A stretch of DNA of 63,858 nt, the filler included, from Choristocarpus tenellus KU-1152 (taxonomy: Eukaryota > Protista > Phaeophyceae): the NCBI GenBank assembly GCA_964200185.2. It is 15 parts of 15 records of this genome, joined end to end, with 100 filler letters (N's around TTAATTAATTAA, not from the genome) between each part and the next. Parts side by side here need not be neighbours in the genome. Positions count along the whole stretch, not along the records: positions 48,254 to 53,864 come from CAXNAD020010255.1; positions 53,965 to 57,395 come from CAXNAD020020078.1; positions 57,496 to 61,150 come from CAXNAD020018695.1; positions 61,251 to 63,858 come from CAXNAD020026319.1; 11 more parts are not named here. One strand, given 5' to 3'. Position 1 is the stretch's first letter. Each line of letters starts with the position of its first letter. A model generated the notes under the pieces. The model made no database searches. It was given only the letters and a program-made list of their open reading frames with translations, and was not told the DNA's origin. The position numbers were made by a program, and so were the translations under genes. Shown here one piece after another: positions 48,254-61,542 of this stretch.

Positions 48254-49225
48254 CCCCCCATGCGCTACCCCCTCCCATAAACCCATCGTAATCCTTATCG
48301 CCCGAGCTTTCATTGTCTGACTGGTATAAGAATTTCTCGAGCAGCTGGTCTTTCATGTCCTCTGGTGTCGCATTGGCCACTTCAGCGTTGTCTTTTACAC
48401 CGATCCACGCTCTTGGTGCGTTGATGGAAACCTGAGACGGCTTTCCGCCGGGTTGGAGGTGGAGAGCGTCAAGAGCTTTAGAGAGATCCTCATTAATATA
48501 TAGGGGCACCTTGTGTGGGACGTTACATCTACGAAAAAAGTGGCCACCTGTGATAATATAGTATACAGCACAGACATTAAAATTAAAGTACGAGGGAAAC
48601 GAGGGCAAAATTTCAAAAAAATCAATCATGATCCTCATCAGCAGACAGTGCATAAATATAATTCAATTACGATCACAATCGACCTACTTTCAGAATTTCA
48701 ATCCACACACTGACGCACCTCGATATGTTTGGCGCCGCTCGTAGACTCGGCGTCAGGCTTTAGCGTCTGTGCTTTCTCCATGATGGTTCTTGCCTCCTTC
48801 AACTTGTAGAGGGTGCTGTGACCGATTCCAAACTTTTGAGCAGCCGCAGTTCCCGTCACGGTCTTCAGGAATTTCAATGCTTCCACCTTCTCTGCAAAGC
48901 TCAAACATTTACAATTGTTGGTACCGCGAGGTTTGTAGGACACGGCTTTCTCTGTAGATATATTTGGTAGTACCTTCCCCTTCCCAGTGTTCTTGTTATC
49001 ATGGCACTTCGACGCTGTGTTGTCACTGGCTGGAGAACTCGAAGCCTTGCGCTTGGTGGGGCTCACGCACAATTTGCACACGCGTTTCGTTTCGCTGGCA
49101 CCAAAAGGATCCGCGATGCCGCAAATGGCATGAAGATAGTCGCCACAATGCGACACTTATGGCATGTTTAGTGTGGTGGACCAGGAGCATTGCTCTGCAT
49201 GCTGCAGCTGGATTCTGCTGTGCAA
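48254..49225 (-). mobile_element. Pogo/Tigger-like transposase remnant: Cys/His finger + CENP-B/psq-type HTH, DDE core missing
   Basis: HKC..CGDYLHAICG..RVCKLC, then LSFAEKVEALKFL..AAAQKFGIGHSTLYKLK. Acidic C-terminal segment at 48254-48550. Confidence 0.6.
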
Positions 49226-49689
49226 GGCATCGTTGTATCTGTACAATGCAGTCGTCTAAACCTTGATCTGATATACTCTATATACTCTGCTGTGCAATAC
49301 TGAGAAACAAAAGACTGCTATGTTGTGTAAGGTATACCCTGCCTATGAATTGTTTGTGGATCGACTAGGTGAAAGTACTAAAGTGGCAAATGACTCTGAG
49401 CTCTTTGAAAGCTCCATCAATGTTCTCCCTGTATTTTCCCTGTAATTGATACGGAAGTTCTAGCCAAAGCCCAGCATGACCAGATTGGACTTATTTTCAA
49501 TACCTGGCAGACGCAAGTAATGCAGCATTACCCACTAAGGAAACGGCCTACACCATGTCATATTTTTTCACTCAAGAACGAGAAAATAGACTTTTCTCTA
49601 CCGTTCGTATCAACCTGGTCAAATTCGAAAAAAAGGAGAATTTCGTGATCAGTTAGTAGCCTCAAATAGGTTCAGGGTTTAATTTTACA

Positions 49690-50985
49690 CGCCCTGCACG
49701 ACCATAAAGTTGCAGGCCATCTTGCTTTCAAACACACCTTTGAGATAGATTTTGATGACGAACCTTACACAAAGATGTGAGGAAGTGGTGTGAAACTTGC
49801 CATCCCTGTTAAAGGCGTAAGACCTCTCACACCCTCACCCCATTACCGACAGGACATATGCCTGTCACACGTCCATTTCAACAACTTGCTATTGACCTAA
49901 TTAAATATAAGACCACATCAGACGGTGCAAAATATATCTTAACCGCTGTAGACCATCTTACGAGATTCGCAATCTTGGTTGGCATTGCAAATAAGCAAGA
50001 AAAAACCGTGGCTAAGGCTCTCGTCGACCGTATTTTTTCCATCTTTGGTCCTCCTGAAACACCCCACTCTGACGAAGGCAATGAATTTGAGAACAAACTC
50101 CTAGCTGAGTTGCGTAAAGTGTATAGATATCATAAAACTAAGACAACGGCATATCGACCGCAAGGCAGTAGTATATGTGAACGAATTCATTCTATAATGC
50201 ATGGTATGCTAGCCATGTATTCAAATATGGATCAATCTGACTGGGCCTCATTGTAGCCCTCTGTACACCTAGCACATAATACGGCCTATAATACCACTGT
50301 TCAAGAAACCCCGTTTTTTCTCATGTTTGGGAGGCTCCCAATTTTATCAATCAATCTTATTTTGGGGGTTCCTGAGGCCACCCCCATAACTGCACAAGAA
50401 TACAGTACGAAAACAGTGAAGAATTTACAGCTAGCCTATGAATTAGCCCGGCGTAATATTGGTGAGACGGTCCTAAGGAAAAAATCTAAGAACGTGAACC
50501 ATAAACTCCCACTATACGGACCCGGAGATAAAGTGTGGTTTCACAAACCACATACTTCAGCTGATGCACCAAACCCCAAGTTATTGTCCCCATGGAGAGG
50601 ACCTTATGAAGTGAAGGTATGTATAACATGTGTTTTTTATTGCGTAAAACGCTTGGAAGATCGACGTGAAGTGACAGTTCATATGATCAGACTTAAACCC
50701 TACAAAAAAGGAACAGCTACAGAGCCTGATATTGATGCCCTTAATTCACTCTCTTTAGGCTGGATATTACCCGTACCAAATCTTGATCAGGGATCAAAGA
50801 CACAGCCAACTATTGGATTTTACAATGTAGAGGGCACTGTTGATCATAAACGTGGGGTAGGAAGAAGGACCACCCGCATTTTTTTGTGCCGGCATCGCTT
50901 TCAGGGATATTTACCAGTCTGTGATGTATGGCGCAAACCCGCTGAAATACCTGAATGTGCAGAGATGATCACAGCCTTTAAGTGA
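49690..50985 (+). mobile_element. Gypsy integrase with GPY motif and C-terminal chromodomain (pseudogene)
   Basis: H..VAGH zinc finger, RPFQQLAIDL, AVDHLTRF, HSDEGNEF, TTAYRPQG..CER, PWRGPY and YNVEGTVDHK..FQGY....DVW. Confidence 0.93.
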
Positions 50986-51299
50986 GAACAAGTTGGACCT
51001 CCCTAATGTAAGAGCCAGTGACCAAGCGACTTGTCATAGTCAAAAGATACCTGCCACTACAACAGCCGAAGAACTTGTAGTATCGCCAACTGAACGTCCA
51101 CCTATTTGCAACCAAGCCTCTCAAATACTTGTGACTCCTTGTGGACCGGAAAGAAGCGCGATGAATGCCTCTACACTAGTGGGTTGCCGGCCTGGTGAGT
51201 TGCCACCAGATTCCACAGATAGAGAAGATATTTCTTTTTCACTACCAAGATGGTGGAAGCGTCGCCGATAGATTCTTGAAGGCCATACCTAGGCTCAGT

Positions 51300-52125
51300 C
51301 CGGGTGGTACTTTCAGAGCTGATCTAGATAGCGACTTGAGTCTCGCAAAGTAGAAAGACTGCTCTCATCGGGAAACAAACGCAGGTTGGTCCTATCTGTG
51401 AGAAGCATGCATACCTTTACAACATATTTACCCCGAGTATAATATTTTACTTTATTACTTCTTTTAAACAACTGTGCACATATATATATATAAAAAAATT
51501 AACAGTCCAACTTACTGGTTGCCCAAGCACCTTGGAGGCAAGTTGTTGAAGAAGAGGTGATAGTAAGGGATGATGAGTCTTCCAACCACCCTTGACACTA
51601 TTCTCACAACATTCCCCAATAGATGACTTGATGTACCAAAGCTGTGGTGATACTGAGCTTCATCCACTCTGACCCCGGGAGACACGTAGGAGACAGGCTG
51701 CTCCACGCCATTTTTCTCTCTGCGCTTTTACACCCATTAACACAGATTTCACTTGGACTAGGGTGGTATTTAGAGGTGATCTATCAGACGACTTCAGGAT
51801 CGTCGAGTAGAAAGATTGCTCTTATCCGGAGACATTAACACGGAGTGATTCCACCTGTGAGAAGCATGCATATATTTTTTTGTTCAAAGTATTATTTTCC
51901 ACGGGTATAATATTTTACTTGTTTTAACAAATGCGGATATAACAAACATTTCAAGTCCATCTTTTTCTGGTTGTCCAAGCACCTTGGACGCAAGTTGTTG
52001 AACAAGATATGACTGTAAGGGATGATGAATTTTAATCACCCTTGGAACTATCCCCACAACACTCCCCGATAGATGACTTGATGTACCAAAACACTTGGAC
52101 TAGAGTGCGACCTAGGGCTGATCAC
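51300..52125 (-). mobile_element. Tandemly duplicated (~460-bp period) intron-containing hAT-like dimerization-domain remnant
   Basis: GWKTHHPLLSPLLQQLASKVLGQP|GTAAG..CACAG|..EQSFY..LKS..RS.L. 51396-51645 is repeated at 51856-52090. Confidence 0.5.
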
Positions 52126-53701
52126 CACTAGTGCTCCATCTTTAATTATTCTTTACCCAGAAGTTGATTCAACCGGATATTTTCATTTTTTTCCCCTCCC
52201 AAAGATGGACCTGTCCGAAATGAAGTGCTGGCCAGCCACTTTTATGTTTGTATCGGATAGTATTCACACTGGGGGGGGGGGAAAGTCGGGGACAGGTTCA
52301 TTTTTTGGGATCTCCGACACATACACTTGTGCATAAGGCGCGCGGTCATATACATTTGTGCACGCCAACCACGTCGTTTGAACTCACCCATACCGACCAG
52401 TCCAATAAACCAACCACACCCATAAGATCCAGATTTGACCAAACAGTCAAAATGGACTGTCAGAACGAAGAGATATTCCGATTCCAACTGACCATTTCTC
52501 TGCTGTGGCGTTGCTCAGTCATCATTCTGGAACATCTGTTGTGTCTTGAGGTTATTGTTCTGTTCTGGATTTCCTCAACTGTTCTGAGATGTTGGTTCAA
52601 GACCTTTGATACTCGGTCTCACCCTCTGAGGTGGAAGAGTTCACTCCAGTGCTTGTGATTGCCCCCTTTGCAGAGAACTTGGCACCTTTGACACTTCCAC
52701 ATATCCTTAATTTCAAATTTCTAGTATTGTGTGTAAGTTCTAAATATGTAATATATAGTGATACTTCTATTTCAATGTATATTGTTCTATTTAGAACATT
52801 AGAATTGTTCATTTAATACAAATACATTAGGTGATATGTGATCTTTGTGAGCGTGAATGTCTCACTGTCACACTTGTATAAAAAGTAGTGGAGATGGCCC
52901 AGGTATGCCAGAAAAAAAATTGAACTGATGGGGGTCCGTGGTCCCACCTTGGAAGTAACAAAGTTAGACTCGTCAGTCGGTGGACATGGACCAGGCCATG
53001 TTAAGCAACTATGGAACGGGTCCGGACATGGACATGGACCGGTTCAATACCTAGTGGACATGAACTGGGACATGTTAAATAATTGTGGGGCTGTTCGGGT
53101 CTGTGGACGGAACTTTTCAAACTTGTACGCGCAGGAAAAAGTAATGAAAATAATGGCTTTGGGGGTAACATATGGACAAGTGATACTGTTAAGATATTTG
53201 ACCTTAAACATCGCCAGTAAACAGATGTACATTAAAAGGAAAATAGCCCTCGTGTTGTTGTGGGTAATACGGATAGATATTGTTGTGGGTTGAACACCTT
53301 GGTTGAACTTTCTAGGGTGGTAATGCTAGTTCCAAATCTTACTACTTCTGAGCTGTCCACAATTATGAAAAATATTTTTTGTATCTCCAACATACCTCCT
53401 CCAGTCGGAATTAAAAGTAACATACTTTTACATCCCCCATGATGGACCAAAATATCTCACTTGTTCATCTTTTACGGTGAAATATGCAGACGCTAAAAGG
53501 TTGCCCACCAAGATCTCAACCAATAATGTTGGGCAGCCTACACCTATCTATGATTCTGCCCCTCAAGCTCTCCAAAACTCTGTTCCAACATAGTATTTCG
53601 CTGCATTCACCGGGACATTTGGGGGGAGCTTGCCCGCCTTCTCAGCCTTTTCCTTGCAAAGATCGAGAATGTAAAAGACGTTGTCACCCTTGGACCCCAG
53701 C

Positions 53702-53864
53702 GTCTAAAGTATTGGGGGGGGTGGCGGCTGTCCATTCGGGGCCCACTTTTCCGCGTTGTGATTTTTGGGTGAATTTGGTGATCCAAAGTATCTGGGGGGG
53801 GGGGGGGGGGAATCCACCAGGGGGTCTCTTTGGGAGAAGAAAAAGAAAATTTCCTTCACAAACA
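53702..53864. mobile_element. MITE family B fragment interrupted by an oppositely oriented family B copy starting at 53780
   Basis: GTCTAAAGTATTGGGG..GTCCATTCGGGG..GGGTGAATTTGGT, then GATCCAAAGTATCTGGGG. Confidence 0.7.
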
Positions 53865-55189
53865 NNNNNNNNNNNNNNNNNNNNNNNNNNNNNNNNNNNN
53901 NNNNNNNNTTAATTAATTAANNNNNNNNNNNNNNNNNNNNNNNNNNNNNNNNNNNNNNNNNNNNTTTCGCAAAGCAACCATCCTCATAGTCCCGCTCCAT
54001 CCTCAATTTTGCGAATCCACTGTTAAATGGGGATGGCTGGCAACCAGTGACGAAGGGCATTCGCACTGGTTGGTCATCAAATGGGGAATAGAGGAATAGG
54101 AAAATAGGAATGAGCAAATAATAATAATAATCCAGAATTCGTGAGCAAAACAAATGTATTAGGTATAAAGGGGAGTGCCCTTTCAAGGCATGCTTAATGG
54201 CCGAGATGCCTTAACTTGGACCATTCCATGTGAGGACATGTGTGATCGTTGCAGACGAGACATGCCTTAGGTGAAGTTTTGGGGAAAAAATTATGCACAG
54301 CTCAAAAAAACGAAATTATTCACTAAAACACTCGAGTTTGGCATTATTGTGTACCTGCAATGTTATGTGAATGGAATTCAAGTTGTTGGCACAGAAAACA
54401 GGAACAGAATATCGTAACACCTATCAATCACAGTACTGTCTAATCCATCTGATTCATAGCTCTCGAAGCAAACAGCACTCAAGAACTACAATTTCGCTTT
54501 GTGCAGCAATTTGCAGGCACGCTATATGCCACTCTCTTCAATGTTTAGTCTTTTCCTCCAAATCAATATAAATAAATGTGGTACAACTTCAACAAAGGGA
54601 GGTAGACGACAGCTCACCTCTCCACCACCATCAATATCACCAACCTGTGTCTTGGTCTCAACTTGTAACAATTCGCCCTACTCCTCACTAGCCTTACTTG
54701 CAGTACCCGTATAACACAAGCTACCTCGAGTAGCCCATCCCTTCAGTCCTTCTGTAAGGCCTCGACTACAACCTCCTCCTCTTTTAGTTGTCGTTAGCTA
54801 TTCCTGAGCCCTCGTGAGATTGTTGTTGTTGATCGGGAACTCACCAGACCATTTGGTAAGAATTTAAGGTTTAGCCTTAGGATTAATTGTCCATGACGGT
54901 GCCTTGATTCACGAGAAGACCAGATCTCCTGGTCTCCTCCACAAAGCCTGTGATCACGTTATCCAAAAACAAGAATACAAGATCGAGTCAGCACATAGTT
55001 TGTAATGAATTTACTGTGGAGAAATAAAAATATATTACGCAGATTTAATGGTAAGGCAAATCAAGTACTATTGTGTATACCAAGCAATAATGGTATACCT
55101 TATAGACCGACCTCACTTTTTGAAGGTATACATTAGAACGGTACCCCCACTGTCGTTGTACACATATTACTCTCATTCTGTTTTATAGG

Positions 55190-55263
55190 GTTTCGCCATG
55201 GCTCAGCGGTGAAGGTACTTGTCCCCAACATGAATTTCGTGGGTTGGAACCCCTTCGATGCCA
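55190..55263 (+). pseudogene. Degenerate tRNA-like sequence
   Basis: TGGCTCAGCGGTGAAGG (A-box) and GGGTTGGAACCCC (B-box-like). Confidence 0.45.
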
Positions 55264-57006
55264 CACTTCCATTCATGGAAATCTGGTTTGGATATTCCTA
55301 TTCCACATGGCAAGTATAAGAAGCAAACGAATCGTACATCAGTACTTCGAAGTACAATATTATTATGCCCATTGCGTTTTTCCAGATGTGTCAGGGAAAG
55401 GAGGAGAAGACAACGATCTAAACAAGAAGACAGAGACCAAAACCACAACACCTTCTAATATAACAGAGCTCCAGTTGTTGTGTCCCAAGATAATTTCTCC
55501 TTCAAATCTGTGCGAATGTGAATCGTCGTATGATTCTGTGGCAGTGTAGTTCACTCAGGCAAGGGTGGTAAAGAGAATCACTGAGAAAGACGGACCAGAC
55601 GGAGCAAGACAAATGGTAACCGAGAGGATGAGGTCAATTAAGGTTGGACAAGAACAAAAGCTGCAGAGTGGGGAGGATCTCACGAGAGAGTGGATCATCA
55701 GAGAGTCAAGACATGGTATTCACCTCTGATCCAAGTGATATCAACTAATTGCGGGATGGGTCTCTTGAAAAGATCCCACACCTCAATCTCACCAAAGATC
55801 CTTTACTGAAATCCAGGATTCTTGATAAGGAACCTCAAGAGGTGCAACGCTATATGACATACAACGATATAATGGTATGATAACAGACAACCTTGTTTTT
55901 CACATCACCCCCCATTCTGATTGGCCTCGAAGCCATGTAAACATGATTCAGGGTCAACCAAAACATGAGCTCTGGGAGCAAATTGGGAAACGGGTGTGAC
56001 TGTCAGCATACTATTGCAAGACTCCAAGCATTATATTACACTACTTCATTGATACAAAATGAAGTGTAATGTATTAAGATGGCATTATTGAATATCTGAT
56101 CAGGATATTATTAGCAAAACACTGATATGTCGTCAGCATATTAATCAGGCTACACGGGTCTGAGTGTATGGGATAAGCCTATCAATCAGTGTAAATACGA
56201 GTGAGGTTGATGGGGTGTGGTCAGCATCGCATCAAGCTCATGATAAAGATCTGAAGGGATGGGATCAGCAATGTGGTCAGCCTGAATAGGAGTCGACGGG
56301 TATATAACGCCAGCATATAGTCTCTTGTATCTTGTAAAAAACAGAGGATACTCAAGAATGGGGAAACGAGGAGCACACGCTATATGACGTCGATAAACTG
56401 TTGACAAGTGTTTGTGAGCTGACATTCTCGACGAGTGTTATACGACGATTTTCATCAGCACTCTGATGTGTGAAAACACAACTTCATGTACGTGATTAAA
56501 AAAATCACCACAGAAACAAGATTAATAGATGATGTGTGCAAACTTCACTTTCCTCACATTCTGATACGATTAAAAATATTGCTCACGACGACTACAACAT
56601 TCCAAGTAGACAAAAGGACGTCCAATGTTGGTGTTGCAACTCTTGATATGGTACGATGCGACCATTCGGTTGTTGGGGGGATCATGCCACTCAAGAACAA
56701 AGAACAAATGCGACACACTTGGAGTCTCCTCCATTGCTTACCTAGTGGTAGACTTGAATCTTTTGTTTTTGTCCATATCATTAATTTCATCATCAATAAA
56801 AATACATTTAATGAAATCGAGGTATGATGTATTGAACAGTCACCTCTGCCACGTGCAAGTGTTACTGTTCCCAGTGATACATTCCCTTCACCGTCACATG
56901 TGTCCACTCATGCAAATGAGAAGAGTCAAGGGATAAAAAAAAAGAACCAACGAGAAAGAGGGGTACTCAGATTTTGCCCGTTTTGCATTGTAGATCAGTT
57001 TTTCAA

Positions 57007-57130
57007 TCTATTGCGATTCACCGATATTCGTATGGATGAAGTGCGAAGTTTGGGTTGAAAGTGTTGATATCTATTGCGATTCACCGATATTCGTATGATG
57101 AAGTGCGAAGTTTGGGTTGAAAGTGTTGAT
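57007..57130 (+). repeat. ~62-bp tandem duplication
   Basis: TCTATTGCGATTCACCGATATTCGTATG(G)ATGAAGTGCGAAGTTTGGGTTGAAAGTGTTGAT x2. A related sequence lies at ~47878-47935. Confidence 0.9.
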
Positions 57131-57375
57131 TTCTCTCTTGTTTGGAAGCTTTCGACTCAATTCGGAAAATATCCTACTACACACGTTTGTAAAAAACACT
57201 AATTTTGTAAATACTTCCTAACATGCTTAATATGCAACTGTAGGTACCTCTCGTTTATTATACTTGCGTTATTGTTATCACCATTATTATTATCGTATAC
57301 ATAATTATTATTATACCCTCTGAAATTTTGGAGATGTGTCAGGAAAAAACAATCAAAACTACTCACACGACAGAA

Positions 57376-57395
57376 GGGTCAAAGTATCTGGGGGG
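57376..57395. mobile_element. MITE family B end at contig break
   Basis: GGGTCAAAGTATCTGGGGGG followed by the gap. Confidence 0.7.
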
Positions 57396-57573
57396 NNNNN
57401 NNNNNNNNNNNNNNNNNNNNNNNNNNNNNNNNNNNNNNNTTAATTAATTAANNNNNNNNNNNNNNNNNNNNNNNNNNNNNNNNNNNNNNNNNNNNGGAAA
57501 CAAGGAGAAGAATATTGGCAGGGAGGGGGGGGGGGGGGGGGGCAGAGGAGGGGGAACAAAACAAAAAAAGCAC

Positions 57574-59159
57574 CTGGTCATACGTAGACCGCCTTCCAGG
57601 ATCTATGAGGACACGGTAGGCCTCGGCGATGGTCTCAAAATTCTCCTTTGAAGCCATTGGACCCCTAGTGTCTGGGTGGGTCTCCTTTGCCAGTGCTCGG
57701 TACGCCCTCTTCACAGCAGACCCAGCAGAGGATTGGAAGATAGAGCAGAAGATGTAAGGGAAAGGAAACGGGTCTTAGTCACTTAGGATAGTAGTAGTAC
57801 AGACCTTTTGTTGGATATGAAGGTGTGGGTCATGTTGGTTGGGAAATGGAGGGACTAGTGAGAGAACTCGTCACAGTATAGTAACTACTGCGCAACAAAA
57901 TTGTGGAGTTTTACAACCTTAGGTTTGAAAGGGTGCACTTGGTGCCGTCAGTGTTTGATGTGTTTTGTGAAGCCAAATCATTCTCTAGTGGAGAGGGATA
58001 ATGCAGAGTAATCAGCGTGAAAATCAGTCGTGGTGCCAGAACTTCTCAACAAGAGAGAGCCCGCGTTCAATGCTTTTAAGTACACCAAAGTTGAAAACTT
58101 GCCCCCCAGCGAGAAAGCAGGGGCAAATACTTTCCACGGCAAATCGATAAGTAACATTGCTTGCTTTCAGATGAGAGCAAACAGCAAGCCCTGCACATTT
58201 CCTTAGGTGAAATATTTCACTGAATTCACTCGCCACGCATTGGGCTTCTCCGGTTCGTTCTCAGGATGCATCGGCCACATCCTTCCCAGTGCGAGCACTC
58301 GCGTATCTAATATCGATGTGTCATTGCGTATCACTGTGACAGTGCTCGATAGGCGACACAATAACCGCAGCGGTGGAGGGGTTTGGTTTGTTCGAGCTTC
58401 TCTGGTCATAATGTAACTGTTAGTGTCTTGTGCACACAGAACCAAAAATCTTCCGACTGCTGACACTTCCACAGTTCCACCACTTACAACACATTGATCT
58501 TCGTGGATGATCAGAAATATTCAAGTAAACATCCTAGATAACGACCAATCTCTCGTTCTGTGGCGGTTCACCTTGATGTCATCTGTCGTGGCAGTCTTAT
58601 CTACCCCAAGAGTCTCATAATGGTCTAACGTGTCGATGCCACGCGAATTCCCCTTCACCAAGCCATTATCTCCACCGCCTCCAACAGCATCAGCGCCCGC
58701 CACAATGGTCTGGGGTATCTGCCTCACACGGAAAATCCGTCCTATCAAGAGTAGGAAGCGTAGATCAAGCGGATTATGAATTCTTTGTACTGCACTACCC
58801 TCCTCATAGTTCTAATGATCTCAACAATACCAACAATATCAATGCCCTAGCGCCATCTTTACTGTAGCCCTGGCTAGATGATACTGCATAGTCGGGGGAG
58901 ATTCAGATGGGCAGGAATGTGCACCTGGTACGGGGTAACCTCCCCAGCATCCAACCCCAGGCCGCGCAAGGCGAGAACTGAATCCTCGTTGATGTAAGGT
59001 GCTTTCGGCAACGATTCCTCCTTGAAGTACGCCTAGCCTAGCAGGAGTGGCGAAGCCAGACACCTGCAGAACAACTCCCGAGAGATTTAAAGCAAATATC
59101 AACCAACCTGATGTATGTTCCCCTGCCATAAATCCCCCCTCCCTGACAGGGTTTGCCAT
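57574..59159 (-). CDS. DnaJ/J-domain protein, probably plastid-targeted (exons 58925-59159 or -59129, 58572-58741, 57574-57708; 3' end lost at gap)
   Basis: DHYETLGVDKTATTDDIK|RAYRALAKETHPD..FETIAEAYRVLIDPGRRSTYD. N-terminal hydrophobic stretch followed by VSG|FATP. Exon phases are consistent. Confidence 0.88.
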
Positions 59160-60753
59160 GATGTAGTAGAGTGGTATTTGTATGTCTCCTCTCTAAATAT
59201 TGATAATTGGGTTCTACATATTGGAAAAAGTATCATCTCAAGACAATATGAAAATGAAGTAGTACAACTTCGAAACTGTCTCGATCATCCAACTTATTAC
59301 CATGAGCATTCACCTCCAACAACAACATCCTCATGACAAAGGGAAAAGGAAATAGGTAGTGGGTGATTTAGTCTGTAAGAGGGGGTGGTAGCAGTAAGGG
59401 ATCGCTAGAGGTTTTCTGCGCTACTGGAAGGTCAGCGTGGAAGCTAATTGGAGTCATGAAGCTTCTTTCGCTTCTGGTGGGGGTGCTTCTTGTACCAGGT
59501 GAGTACATAAGGCACTACAACAATTCACAGGAGATCTGCGTCGTTTTTGAGTCCAAGCGGAAAGTCCATCCCCTTGAAGAGCTTGTTCAACGCGAAAAGA
59601 GTCGAACGAGGTAATAGATAGATGTATACTGACTGAAATTGCATTTCTCAGCTTTCTAGGCCGTGGTCATTGGGTCACGTCTAATCCCATTAACTTTCCT
59701 CTGACCTCCCACAAGGTTGTGCCTCTCCTCTCCACTCCATGATTCGAAAACCCTGGAGCGCTGAACTGTTTAGTCGTTGGAAGCTATAGGTGATACATCT
59801 ATGATACATTATACGTACTTCAAGCCGTGAGAAGTAGCGCAAGACTAAAATGAATCCAGATCCCACCCTCGTAAACAGCATCCTTGCGTCCCTCTCTATC
59901 CCTCTGAATGTGGACTCCCCAGCGAATCACTGCTCCGGTCTTTCCTCAATATGGCGTCACTCTCCCAAGATAAAGAAGGATGGATTCTTCACAGAGATTT
60001 TCCCGGTTGAGGGCGTGCAGCTCAACATGCTAGTTCGACAGGTTGTGCAAAGGGGGAAGTGGTATCAACAGTTTCACGATTTCTGTGTTGTTGCAGCTAC
60101 GTGCTACTCGAGAAGCCAGACTTGAGAGAGGTTCATGTTTTTTTCTGTTTGGTGAGGAAATAGAAGCACGAGCTCTGCTGCTGTGGTTCCTGGAATGTAG
60201 CAGTTGTTCCATAGTACTAGAGTGTGTCTGTGAAGATTGCATAGTGGCACTAGGAACATCAAAAATATCTCATGCGCAGCTTCCCAAGTACGACTCGGAT
60301 TCCCCTTGTGAATTAAACTGCTTAATCATGATGGAAAAATCAGCAGCAATCAATATTACTTGAGTTTGCACTTCAACTGGTCTTTCAACCTCAACAAGCT
60401 TCCCATTGACCCTTCGGTTCAACCCACTACCCCCGCTAGGTTCCCGGTGATGGCAACTGCCTTTTCCATGCAATTTCGGCCTGTCTTGACTACACCTGTA
60501 ACGGCACACACCCCAGCCTGGACCTCAACGATCTCATGCCCAAGTCAGCTTCCCTTAGGGAGGCAAGGCTTATTCCCTCCTCCCATCCCCTTGTACACCT
60601 TAGTGTTTATGCAGCAAACACCCTAGGTCCATATTTTGCCGTCCTTGACATGAATACTGACAAAAGAGGTTCTGTACTGCACTTCCGAAACTTTCATCAG
60701 TGTACTGTATTGTTTTAATGTATGTTCCTAGCAGGCTTTTTCCTGGGAGCATT

Positions 60754-61012
60754 GAGTGAAAGTATCTTAGAGGGTACGAGTTTTTCCCTGTTTGTCCATT
60801 TGGGGTTTGGCTTCCCCCTTTTTTTTTTATGACATTTTCCTTCTCCTAAATGGTTCGGGGTAGGTAAAATGTATACGTTATGAAAAGGTGTATCCGAAAC
60901 ATAGATGTTGACACTTCCTAACAAAAACAATAGCCAAAATTACATCAAAATTGCAACATTGGATTTTGGCCCCCAAATGGACGCAGCTCTACCCTCTAAG
61001 ATAATTTAGCTC
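60754..61012 (+). mobile_element. MITE family A, TSD CATT
   Basis: GAGTGAAAGTATCTTAGAGGGTAC...CTCTAAGATAATTTAGCTC, with CATT on both flanks. Confidence 0.92.
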
Positions 61013-61250
61013 CATTTTTTTAATTTTGAAGTTGCAAAGTTGAAATATTTTTGATCTATGGACTTGGACTTGTCCATGACAAAGAGGGGGGTTGGGGGGT
61101 TGGGGGTTGGGGGATGGGGGGGTCCAGTGGCTACTGGATAGTCTCGAACGNNNNNNNNNNNNNNNNNNNNNNNNNNNNNNNNNNNNNNNNNNNNTTAATT
61201 AATTAANNNNNNNNNNNNNNNNNNNNNNNNNNNNNNNNNNNNNNNNNNNN

Positions 61251-61509
61251 TCTGGATGGAGAGGCGACCAATGCGGTCATGGTTTGAAGGGTAGTTGCGG
61301 GGATGGAGAGGCGTTATTTAGGAGCCTTTCCTTGGATGTGAGCAGCTTTGGAAAAGAAATTTCTGGGACTTTTACAACAGTGTGTGGGGATTCCTACTCG
61401 GGTGGAGTGAGGTGCTTCCAGCGACATGGGCGGGGACAGCTGCGGAAAAGTAATGGGGACTGTGTCAATGGGATATGGCGGTATGATGTGCTGGTGAGTT
61501 TGGAACAGT

Positions 61510-61542
<33 letters not shown>

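Noticed and set aside
59650-60720. Possible minus-strand Copia protease/integrase traces (DIFDVPSA, CTTC)
   Set aside because: Too degenerate to distinguish from chance.
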